DNA from: Balanoglossus misakiensis
Taxonomy: Eukaryota; Animalia; Hemichordata
DNA: 64,000 nucleotides
Assembly: GCA_040954595.2 (NCBI GenBank)
Contig: CM082593.2
Location: forward strand, 1,808,901-1,872,900
Direction: 5' to 3'
Shown here: piece by piece, positions 14,701 to 27,434 of the stretch
How positions within the stretch are numbered: the first letter of the stretch is position 1
How the letters are laid out: each line of letters begins with the position of its first letter
Made by a program: the position numbers and the translations under genes
The notes under the pieces: generated by a model
What the model was told of the DNA's origin: nothing
What the model saw: the letters and a program-made list of their open reading frames with translations, nothing else
Database searches by the model: none

Positions 14701-16168
14701 ATATTTTAAAGCCCCAGTAACTCCAATTTGTAGTTATTGTTTACATTGTTTTTCTCCCATGTATCAACTGAGGTTTCTTGCTCTATTTGACATCATCAGT
14801 TGATCTTCTGGCACAGGTGGATTAGAGATTTGCAATCATCATCCTCCATGAAAAATAGTTTCAACACATCTCCTTCGCGATAAATTGCAACAAATCACTT
14901 TGTATGTAAAGTCATTAGTGTCAGTGCCATCTTTGATGAAACTGCTTGAATTATTGGAAAGAATTTGAAAAATGAGTTGTCGCGAGGTGTTATTGAAACG
15001 ATGGTGATACTACAAGTCCAGCAGATATAGGGGTCAACATATGTAATCACATATTAAGTTGTACCTGAAATCACACATCGCAGTCGACCTTTCTGTGATC
15101 CTATCAGAAGATTCAAATGACTAGAAGATGGTCGGAGCATTTGGGGTCAGATCAATAACCAGTGCATTGTGGCTCATGTCGTTATTAAGGTCTGTGGAAG
15201 ACTTTGAACTTTCAACAATATGGATTAGTTTATGATAGTCTACTAAATCGTCTGAGTGTACACAAGAAATCCATCCTGTATGAACTCCCCCCCCCTCACT
15301 CTCTCTCTCTTGCAAGCAAGCAAGCAAGCATAGGAGCATGAACTTTACGATTTCAACTTGACATTTCGGCTTACGTGTTCAAGTTTCAGTCGTTACCTTC
15401 AAGTAATCGGAAGTGTAAAATTTCTATCGGCTCCAATGTTTCTGGTCCATTATTGATCACTTTTGGCACAAAATAATATTTGCGTGCATCTTCTATTTTA
15501 TTCCTTTCTTCGTCTTTAATTGCTTTTAGTCTGAGCAGAGCCATTTAAGTGGCGATGATTTACACACGACATAAGACACATTGGCATCCGGAATTCCGCA
15601 TCCCACGCCACGTACTTTCTATCATAATATAAATACAACACATCGGCATAAACTGCCTGGCCCTTGCCCCAACAAAATATGCGCACACGAAGCGCAAATG
15701 ACGGGAATTATTTCAGAAAACAAATATTGTCAATCTCGATCGTAGTTATACTTACGATCGACAGCTGAACTACTCAGCTGTCGACATATTTGGGAATTAA
15801 CGACTGACTGAGTGCAGCGAACGAGTTGGGAGAAATGTTTCTGTGTTGTTCTTTCTCCATTGCCAGGAGATTGAACTCAAACTCTTGGCACTACGATGTT
15901 TGTTTTAAGACAGAGAACAAAAGCAAACGTGTAGAAGAAAGAAAACGTTTCAGACAACTACAGAAGCTGCTCCACATGACCATCATTCCAGCATTCTGTT
16001 ACTAATACACTTTTGCGTTTCCCAAGGAATGCTTCTTGAAGATTCCGTCATTTCTGTTTAGGGGTGGACCATGTGATATCTCAGTGATCTAGAATATGTT
16101 TAAAAAGGATTCCAAGCGGATCAGTAATCAATAAACAGGCAGACTGACTGATTGAACCAAAAACTTAC

Positions 16169-16289
16169 CTTTACACATTCAGGCCAATTTTCATGAAGAC
16201 GAGACCAGGTGCACCTCGATTCATGCGATGCTGCCAAGCCAAGTAATGTTGTTGTAATGTGCAGGCGCCACGCTGGTTCTCACAGAGAC
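16169..16289 (-). other. Candidate 5' UTR/non-coding internal exon of an unidentified minus-strand transcript
   Basis: Acceptor tttaatgttttag|G, donor AAG|GTAAGT, 121 nt, stops in all three frames. Confidence 0.3.
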
Positions 16290-19200
16290 CTAAAACATTA
16301 AATACAGCAGTAATGACGTCATTTTATGAAAGATAAACGACTCAAAAAGTGCAGGTTTGATAAATACCCGACAATATGTAATTATGGGTACATTGTAACG
16401 GTGAGTGTACAAAACATATCAGAAACATATCATGGCCCATGAGATACTGACTGCTCCTGCTCTGAAAAAGATTTTTGTCACATTTTCTTATCGCAAGTCT
16501 TTCTTGCAAGGGGGACTTTACTTGTCAGAATGGTATCACTATTTCCATTTCACGCCAAAATTTGTGCTGGCGGTGGCTTTGTTCCATAATTTAGCCTGTC
16601 CTCGTAAATGGGGTGCTCGATTAGGGCGCCAAACAGTCCTGAATAAATAAGGGGGAAATTCGACTGGGAAATGAGTCGTAAGAATTATGTTCGCGAAAAT
16701 GGAAAGAGAGTAGAGTCTTGGCTAAATCCGTTTAGATATATTGGTCGTAAAATCCTACCCAGACAATTAGGCTTACCACCGTTATAGTCCTCAGCGACAC
16801 GTAAATGTATAGAACCACATCTTTATTAAAGTGACGAGTTTTTCATTTATCAACGAATCATGCAACAAGTTGTAGGCCTACGCATCAACCATCAGCATTC
16901 AAGTTCACTTTTCCCTTTGCTTTTTTGAGCTTTGTTCAAAATATTTTAAATTGTCTGCACAATATTTAAGAAGACAAACCAATGAACTCTATCCCTGGAA
17001 AAGATCATTGAAAGGGCAGTTTGTTTGCCAAACCTCTCGAATATATTTTCAACAAATTAGTGGATTAACAGGTATTTGCAAACAAATCTTGACAGCAGGA
17101 ACTATTGTCAATATAATCGACAAACAGACTGGTGTCAAAAACTACAAATAAAAGGAGAATATTGAACAGTCGCAAAACACACAGAACACTTGATTCTTTT
17201 TTCATTGCAGTGGTGTAAAATGTGTTAGACAGTCACAGCTGTTTAATGTCACAGTTGCCGCCGTTCGGTTGTGTGTTTACAAATAATTAATTATACTTAA
17301 GTTCCTGAGCATCGAGGTGCGATCATTTATAAATCTGTGCAAATCCTCTTACCGCCTTCGTGAGGGGCTCGTATTTTTCGAACATTCAAAACAGTACAAA
17401 GCATTAAGCGTCCTGTGACTTTATGAAAGTGAAGTTATCAATGTCGGAAATCGTAACATAAAATCGTCAGGATTTTGTCTTGTTACCGATCAAAGTGGGC
17501 AATCATATAAACTTTATTCACTGGTCGATTAAATACTGACAGTCAAATAAAGAGGTTGCTGTATATTTTTATGTAACAAGATAGACACATTGACATCGCT
17601 CGGTACACATGAGTACCATATGCTTCTATTTCAAATGTCTACTAAAACGTCAAAACATCTACAAATCTAGAGAAAGAGCTGCATGAAATACTTTGTCTTC
17701 ACCAGCAGAGAACTTGGGGGGGAGGTTGTTCTAGTTTTTGTGTATACTTAAATTTACGAACAGGACAGTGCTATTTACGAGTGTGAGTTGCCCATTCTTT
17801 CCAAAGGCGTATCCTTCAACCGTTCACACTTTTATTGGCGATCCAAGCATATTACATGTATAGACGCAAGCAACATAACGGGAGAAACGGAAACTTTATA
17901 TGTCATCCGAAATCCTTTGAATACCGATTGGTCCTTGACTGATATGGTTTGTTAACGTCATATGTCAACAATGACCAGGTCTTGCAAGGCGTTGTCACGT
18001 GACATGTGTGAGCAGAGCGTTTGCAAAGTATCTGGGATGTAAGCCTTGGCAAGTTTTCAAGCAGGTAAAAAATAACTTTACGCACAAAGAAACTGTGTTC
18101 ACTTAAATCTACAAGCATGGGCGAATTTATGGCAAGGCGATGTACGTGTAATTGCAGGGGAATGAGTTATGGACTCTTTGACATCACGTGATTTTTCGCC
18201 ATCGACGCGGCACGAGGTTTGTTGGGAACGAAAGGTGTTCTGTAATGTATTATGCATACACTGGTTAATTTTAACGGCCAGCTGATTGGAACATTTCGTT
18301 ACTTTGCAATAAATGTCAAGGAAGTGTACACAAACATTGTTTGAAAAATGGGTATCGCGACTACAGCCTCCAAGGTGACTGAACGCTCACTCACTTTTGA
18401 GCTCTGCGGGTTGAACGCGCTATTTGCGCACGTGGTGAATTTAAGGCGATGTTGAGCGACTTGCCGACAAAATGAAGACGAAATTAGGGATTTCAATAAT
18501 TTATGGAAGTTGGGAATAAGTTCGCTTCACCGTTGGAGGTAAAACTGGCAATCCCGTCCCATCATTTATTCCCCCGAGCGCTCTGTACTGATTTGTGACG
18601 TGCAACTTGCCCGCCCAAATTAAACTGATGTGTTTCAGTGGAGAAGTGCGTATAGGCATACATTTTGCATAAGCGAAGGTGCGTCAGTCAAATAGATACA
18701 CACAACTGTTATCACACGTTTACTTGTTGCAGACCAGAGGTCCTCAGTCCCACAGGAGGCTGTTATTTTTTGTCCTTTCTTGAGCATGAATTGGGAAGGT
18801 TTCCCCAAGCGGATGTTCTACCTGACGACTGATTGTAGTGATCAACCTCTCTCACTGCAGGGTTTTGTCTGTCAGAGCGCTGTTACACAGCCACAGATTT
18901 GTTATCTAGGGCCAACAGGGACGCGAACTACAAACAAAGTACATGTACCGACAGTGGTCTCACAGCAACGCTACTGACGCCCGCAGCTAGACTTTAGTTG
19001 CAGCCGATACAAGGTACACTAAGCATATTCCACTGCGCGCAGGTTTACTCCTACAAGTCCAGCAAAATTTATTAAGATTTAAGAAATATTTATGCTCATG
19101 CCACACCGTAAGCGCTAATGTGTCTGGTATAATCGCCCCGTGTTATGGCACTCTTTTTGTTGGACTGTGATGATTTGTATAGCATAGATTTATTCCGGAT

Positions 19201-22200
19201 ATTAACGTTGAAAATAATCCATTATGACATTGGTAATCTGCCGTAAATTAAATCATATGCGTCACTTCGAAGGATATGGCGGATTCCCAGAATTTATTGC
19301 TGACTGATTCGGTGAAATTTTGATTTAAAGGTGGCAGTTTTAAAGAATAATAGTAAGATCTTCCGAAACTACAATAGGTACCATTACATGCATTTGAATT
19401 CATATGCGTTATCTGTATGTACTGAATGTGTTGACAAACAAGTTTCATTGTCTAAATCTAGTCACAGAACAGCTTTGTGTTCACTCCATTCACTCCAAGA
19501 GTATGACAGTTTACGACCGTCGAAATCTCACAGTGGAAGACTGTTCACTATAATCCAATGGCTAAGACTAACCACACGAACTTACTTATTTTGGAGTCAC
19601 TTTATATGATTTAAAAGTTCGTCAGCAGAGTTAACTGTAATAAATTTAATTATGAAACTTAGTAATGCCGCAGCGTTTAAAACCGAAGTCTTATCTCACC
19701 AAAAGTTGACCAAAATTAACTTCATTAAAGACTTCAAGTTGGTTGAATGAAAATGCCTTTTTATCACGTCATAACCCACACACCACTGCCTCACGGCCAA
19801 CACAAACTCACGGCCGGCCGCACACGCGCGAAAAGAAGTAAGCAAACTCAAATATACAATCAAAGCAATGTATGACTTTTACTCACGTGTGCAGGTATTG
19901 ACTTGCAAGTACCGCCCATGCACTTGGATGTTCGCCTAGTCTCAGTGGACAGAGAATGGATTTTGGCAAAATATTTCACTCTTCAGATATCGTCCACTGT
20001 TTTTCGTCCCCTGCACCTTGTTCTCCGTTATTCGTACTCCCTAGTCTGAGAGAGAACGATACTCCCCAGCAACTGTCTAACGGTGAAATTAATGACACAC
20101 TCGTTAACCAGAGGACCGCATTCAGTAATCCGAAGCTTCACAATAGCCAACCTACATGATAGTAGTACGCGTTGCTACCGACAACCCGTCCACTTATTGG
20201 CCATAAATCAGTCCCACAATGCCTTTGGGTCAACGAGACCCCGAGGGTCAGTAACACGTTATTGTTTTGCTCTCGACGTTACGGTGTCGAAAGAAAACTG
20301 ACTTAATGCTACGTTATGTGTATATGTGCGCTGAGATTTATTTCCACCGTAACAAACACTAACGCAGAACTTGAACGCTAAAGTGCATTATCTTCGGTGG
20401 CGAATCTCACACATTGGGGCCATTAAACCCGAGCAAGGCTGACTAGCAAGTCCGAAATCATGAAGGGCCGACTCAATCACTACACGGCGAAGCGTGCCAG
20501 CTTTTTACAGGATTTAATTTCGGTAATGAAAACCCCAGCCGTGATGAAAACCCGTGCTAAACGGCAGTCGTCGTGTAAATTTTAATCGACGAAAAGGAGC
20601 CACGTTATCGTTGAAATAACGTCGACGTGCTAATGGGAGTACACAGAGATTATAGTGCATGTCACAGCTCCCGTGAGCCCGGTACTATTTTTTCAGCCTA
20701 GCACTGCAATGGTCTGCTGGATGGCATGGCTTTATGTGTGTTCAGTAAATTTCACTGATTGTTAAAACAGCGATATCTGGGTGAGCCCCTTGTTCGGATC
20801 GCGAACAGTGTGTCACCCAAAGTATCATCATTCAAGGCATATTTATATCGGCATATCATCGCAAGTCACGACCTACACTTGTTGTTTAAATAACGGTCAG
20901 ACAGGACATTTGTGAAAATAATAATACCTTAATGCACTTCACGGTTCACTATACTACAGTTGAACCCCACATAACTCACGTTCATTTTCGAAGGCAATCC
21001 TAGCGTTGACAGCGAGCTGTAAATACACGGGGAGGATAGGTTACAGTAGAATAATGTGCGGTCGATTGGAACAATCCCGCGTGGAAATAATTTCGGACCA
21101 GTTTACGACATCTTGTAGTCGAATAGAACTGTGTGATGCGATAAAGAGATTTTTCCCTGAGTTATCAGCGTTTTAGTGTTGAGATCCCTTGCATTACAGA
21201 TGTAAGATGATATATGGTAAATATGACCAATATTCCAGCATTGCTACAAGGCATTTGTAGGAAAAATGAATCCATGTTTCTCTTTTAGGCGCTAAATCAT
21301 ATTTTCTTGGCGTTCCCTGGCAACTGTTCGCTTCTTTTTGTGGTTTAAAGTCTTCGCGCATTTTCCCACGGGAAAGGCATTTGATTCCAAGCATAAAAAT
21401 GTAAATCTATGTTTAGTACATTGTGTCATTTCTTTGAATGAACTATATTTCCTGTTAACTATATTTTGTTCGATTTTCCCATTTTGTCACAGCATCGTCT
21501 GCGCGACAAAAAGTAGTCCAACCAGTCAAAAAGTACTTTGTATACATAATTAGGGCTTTTCTTATGATAGCCACGTAATCTTTAGTTTTAAACTTCTCGA
21601 AATTTACATTCAAATAGTTCCGACTCCCATCGGAGGCTCGGCACTCTACAAATGTTTTGACGTACATTTTATTTCATCCGTCAGCAATACAAATATTTTT
21701 ACAGAACTCCTAAACGCGAACGTTTAAAGCGAGGCATGTCGCTCGATACTGATGTCTTGCTTCGGAATTCGGACAATCTGACTTCGGTAAATAGACAGTG
21801 GCCGTATTCGATTTCTGTCACAGGGTTATGAAAATTGCACTAGAACCCGTCATGAGAATAAATAACAGTGCAGCTTGTGTGCATATGGATGGATGTGCCG
21901 AACACGAAATGGATATCTCTCAGCAATACAGGGAACACACACTGGGTTTTACAAACGTCCACGGGGTTTAGCACAAACGAGCATCCATATTGCAAGACGA
22001 CAGACAGATTTGCATTCTTAATCGAAGAAACGGACAGACTACATCTTACAATATACTCAGGCACAGGGAAATGATGCGACTGAGTTTAAAATGAGAACGT
22101 GAGTCCTTGATTTATCGATCCGATAATACACCTACGTCATCACGATCACCAGGATCCAGTCTCCGGGATCCGGTGTCTGGCCAAAAGGCTGTGCATTTGA

Positions 22201-25200
22201 CATTTAAGGTGGAGCTGCATGTTATCTGCATTGTGTTATCAAAGTCGTATTTCTCATCAAAGACAACGTGGGAATTTGTACAAACCATTCATTTTACGAC
22301 TCCGAGTAACAAGCTTTGATCTGATATGGTCTTGAGTTTGGATACGTTGTAGGTCAAAAACAACAGTGTATTAATTCTTTCAAAAAATTTTAACTTTGAG
22401 AATAAATGTTGATTTCTATAAGTTCAATCTTCGAAAAACCTTCCTTTTTCTCACGATACGTATGTGTACCGAATGAATTCGCCACCTAATCTGTCATACA
22501 ATCACTGAAAATCACAAAACTAACATTGTCTGTTTTCACAGCGACGGCAAAAGCATTTTTGTTCGCAATGTGGGAATTGGAAGAATAACATTTATAGAAA
22601 ACACAGACTATACACGCATCAAAGATAACTGAAATCTCATTCACAAGCGCCATAAGTGAAGGAAGTCTTAGATTGAGTGATGTTTTTGTCAGGTGCAGCA
22701 GATCAGCCATCATACCATCTAACGATGCTTGCTCATAGAGCGTCCAATACGGCACAACTATCCATGCCATATTACAGGAGATTCCTTGCGTACTTTTGGG
22801 AAAATATAAAGTATGATAGCCGGGTAATAATCTGAGCTCACTGCAGATGTTGGAGGCATTAGAAACCACTTGTCGGATAATGAATGAATGGGCGTACCTT
22901 ACATTGGCGTTTAAGTATAATGGATTGAGTTACAAAGTTAAACAAAGAACAGTCATTTGTTTAATGATAATGTTTTTCAATAGACAATATGCAAATTACA
23001 CTGGTCGATCATACTTAAAATGCAACATATGTTATAAGGTGTACATAACTGTGCAATTTGATTGAGCATTTGGATAAGGGCAAAAAACACCCTTGGTCTT
23101 GTTATGATAAATATTCTAAAATGGCTGTTATCACCTCTGACATGTTTCAGATTGAATCACTTTGAACCTTTTCAAGCCTTATCTGCAAACTTTAGATTAC
23201 ATTGATGGAAATCACAAAGTTTTTGTATAATTTTATTAAACAGCCAAGGCGGAAGTAACGATGAAAAGTGAACCTGATGAAAAGTGGCATAATTATATTA
23301 AGAATCATTATTCATCCCCATTATAATCTATCTTCTGTGTTTCCATTATAATTTATTGAGAAAAGGTATGAAGTTGCCAATACCAGAACTGTACAGACCA
23401 ATCAGTTGTGCGTACTTTACCTGTGTCGCGTATTTTTAATCATATGGAAATATTTCTTCATGAAATAGTTTCGTAATAACATACCGAGGTTTACCTGGCT
23501 CTCGATTTGTCAAAATGAAAACGATTCTTCATAAAACAAGTTTTGTAATAAGATATCAAGATTTACCTCTGTCTGGTTTTGACAAAAGGAAAATGTTTAT
23601 TAACAAAAAAAATTCTGTGATAAGATATCGAAGTCAGAGATGCATATGCAAAGCTGCGTTAAAACTCCTGCAAAGAACAGCAGCTGTGGTTTCAGGTTTC
23701 AAGGCCTAGACTTCCTACAAAAAGGTGTGATATAATTTAACAAATACACCCCCTTTCATCACCTCGGGCTCTTCGGAGAGACAAAATTTATGACACAGTC
23801 GTGTTGAGTTGCCTCGAGAAAAAAAACGAGTTTGTCCCCAGGATTTTGAAGTTATATTTCCACATGTACATTTCTCAAATAACAAGGTCGCAGGCCGTGA
23901 GTACGGGCACATCGTGTTGGTGTAATTTCCTCTTCGCAAAAGGACATAAAAAGTTACAGCTTTAGCTAAGGATATTTTACAACAATTCTTATCCAGTGGA
24001 TTACATTTTGAACTGTTCCTGAACACAGATAATAATGTATCTAACCATATTTTCTGGATTGCCCATAAAAACCCTCTCCTGAAATCCTTTTTTTTCATTA
24101 AATGACACACGCAGAAAAACTTGTCTAATACGATTTTGTCGAGTGACGCAACGAGGTCGATGTTTTGTGAGAACCGAGGGCTTACAGGATGCAGCTTATT
24201 TCATTGAAATTAAGATATATGTTAACAGCGTCAAAGGCAACGAAGGGTGATATTTCATGGCTTTTGGTAATATTATTTTATCGAGGGAATTTTAGAAGCA
24301 GACAGGTGACCGCCATTACCGTGCCATAATGTACCTTTGAGTCATTATACATCAGACTCCCTTGATTCAAACCTCACAAGATACGGAATACGTTTTACAA
24401 CAGGTCGCATCGATCTCGATGAAAGCGAATGTGCTTGCTGTTTCTAAGAATGCTTTACAGTGTCCGTTCGGCGTTGGGCAATGCGCATTTGAGACCAGCG
24501 CGGACGCAGGTCTTAATTGCGCGTTGTACTCGTGGGAAGAGTGGAGTGAACGCGGGTAATAAGATATCATCAGATGAAATATTGATGCTATCTTTATTTT
24601 GTGCTAGTGGCTCCGTGAAGACTCATCTATCAACAGACTTATACATCGCCGAAAACTCTTCCAATAGTTCACAGATATTGTAGGCGTTTTGATATTAACA
24701 GATGAGACTTTTTCATCTCTTGTCACTAACAAAACTATATGTTTTGGTATTTTTCTGCCTAAGTTAGCCTTTCAATAATATAGGAATTTTAAAGGAGACA
24801 AGTTTGATAACTCATGCGGCAGTAAGCCTTCAGCCAATCGAAGCCATGAACCGACAAGTATAATTAAATTACCATTCAGTTCTGGACATTTATCACCAAA
24901 ACAAGAAGAAAATTTCCTGAATGCAATTACAGAATCACCAAGGTATCTAAGCGCACTTTGATAATGACTTGGAAAAGAATTATTACAATCATAATCGAAG
25001 CTATTTTCAGACCAAACGCGCAAATTAGAATTTATGTAAGACCTGTCACGTGGCAATGGGCAGGGTATTATGGCAGTAAACATTACCCTCAGTTGAACAC
25101 AGCGGGGAATTTCCCTTTCTGTGATACAATTTCGCAAGTCTGCAAAATCTGCGATTTGATGTAACTATAAGGCTCGAGGTAAAACGCTCCGAATTTTTGT

Positions 25201-27366
25201 TTTGTATTCACTCTAACGATACACAGACGGTCGAATTCTGCTGTCTGCATGTTCTACTGATGGAATGCAATCAGCGGAGTTGTTTACGGCAATACTCTCC
25301 AAAGTCGGTTTCGCGATAAACACGTTTGCGTTTAGCTAGATTGCAGTTTCGCCTCGGGTTGAATATTAGGAGTACCCATTCGTTATCTTTCTACCATGAA
25401 ATCTTTTGCCTTATCTTGAGTTGGTAATCAAGAAAAGCCAGCGTGCTACGCGAATGGCTAAACTAATAACTGTTAGTTTGGGGAATGAAATAGTTATACA
25501 AGGGTAAGCCAGGTAATGATGGACAAAATAAGCCAACTGGTATGACTCTATGGAAGAAGCTTCTTTATAACCACAGTCTGAGCAACAAACCCATCAAATA
25601 TGACATCATCAAGCATATGCAAAATTCTAAACTGAAATCTCTGCTAGAATAAGGAACCCCCCCCCCCAACTAAACACTGCTTCATATTTACATTAAAGTC
25701 ATTTTAAAAAGGTCTTGGTGTTGTAATTATGACATCTTTCCAAATTCTGAAGTCTACTGATGTCAGAGTAAAACAACGCCTGTGTAAATGCCAACTGTAA
25801 TTCTTTTCTCGTTATTTTCATGATTTTACTTTGAAATTACAGTTCGTGTCAATGCTTCTACCGAGTCGTGTGTATGAAAGTATTATTAACCACTAACCCG
25901 ATTGCATTTACAAGTTCGAACAATAAATAATAAACGGTTGCCACACGCAAACATGGCCGCCTCCGTGCAAATCATGCCAAACGTTCATTCACCCAATAAT
26001 GAAATTCTTTCATTTTTTCTCCCTAATATGAAACTTCCTCAACAGCTGCGTAATTTTTAAGAATCTCATTTTCGCACGAACACCTGATAATACACTTATT
26101 ATCAAAACTTATATATACTAGCTGATAGATTTGATATCATGATAAAGTTTTCAACTTACGCGACAGGATTCCTCTGCAACGCACCAATGAAAGGCAAAGT
26201 GGGACAGACAGGGCACGAGAAAATTCCTCCGACAAAAAAACACGAATCGGCTGAGACTTGTCAAATCCTTGATCACCGTCAAAGCTGAGATGTACACCTC
26301 TAGGAAGACAACACGTCTGCCTTGATTGGTATGCAGTTCGCACATACAATCCGGACACTGCTGCAAAGCGATAACGACTTAACAACACAGATTCGTTGTT
26401 CTACAAACAAGCGTCCTTGTCATCAATGTTCCAAGCGACATCCGCCCAGCCCAGACGTCTCATCACCTAACACTCCAGCTTCATGGCTGACGACACGTAT
26501 GTCGTGTGCATGTGAATCGGAAGTTTGCAAAGTCGCTGGTCGATTTTTCCTCGGAATATCGTGCAGTCTCGTTGGTTTGAAGAACAATGATGTGGAAATA
26601 GATGTTAAAATCTGTTAAACTCTAAGCGAGGCTACATTACTGATATATGTAATATGCGTGCACCTTTGGTGACGTCAATGCAAATGCCCAATATATTCTG
26701 CCATGACATGTCTACAGTCAGATACTGAAAAGTATTAAAATACAAAGATTATGCCTAACCTGATTTGAATAAACGACTATTAGTAATAAAACCAATACTT
26801 CAATAAAACCGTATTTTATCGGTTTATTTAATCTCGCTCAGATGCTGAAGTTCAAATGGCAAAGGAACAAATATTAGTGTCTTTTACTTTAACATTGCTT
26901 TCACTTTCTTCGATCACTGATACAGGCTTACACGTGTACGATGGTAACTTAAGAGAAAGACAGACGGACACCTTATCAAAATACTAATAAACACACGTTA
27001 CTTTTGGAAAGACCGGTAATGAAGTCACGTTCGTGCGAAACGTTGAACGTTACAGCAGTAATAAACATAAACACTGCAAGCTGACCACATCACACCTACG
27101 CATAGGTGCACTGATTACATGCTCATTAGAAAATTAAGGTGGAGACTCAAATTCCCACTTTCAAATCACCAAATGGCCTTATTTCCAATTACTTGTAAAG
27201 AGTCTTTAATTGAAATATATTTTCCGTCTGCCTTGCTGAGCCACAAAACATATATACTCCTTTGTAGAAAATAATAATCAATTGCAAATGTGTTATTCCC
27301 GTATATACGTGTGATGCATCATTTACACTGTGTATCGCAATTGTTGAGCATCGTTCATTCATTCTT

Positions 27367-27434
27367 TCACTCACTCACTCACTCACTCACTCACTCACTC
27401 ACTCACTGGCGAATGAATGAATGAATGAATGAAT
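27367..27434. repeat. Compound microsatellite (TCAC)10 plus (GAAT)6
   Basis: Seen directly. Confidence 0.95.

Noticed and set aside
20778-20819. 42-nt imperfect hairpin
   Set aside because: Short and mismatched; within chance expectation
21800-21830. Vague resemblance to miR-10 (ACCCTGT on minus)
   Set aside because: Only the seed matches; no precursor hairpin
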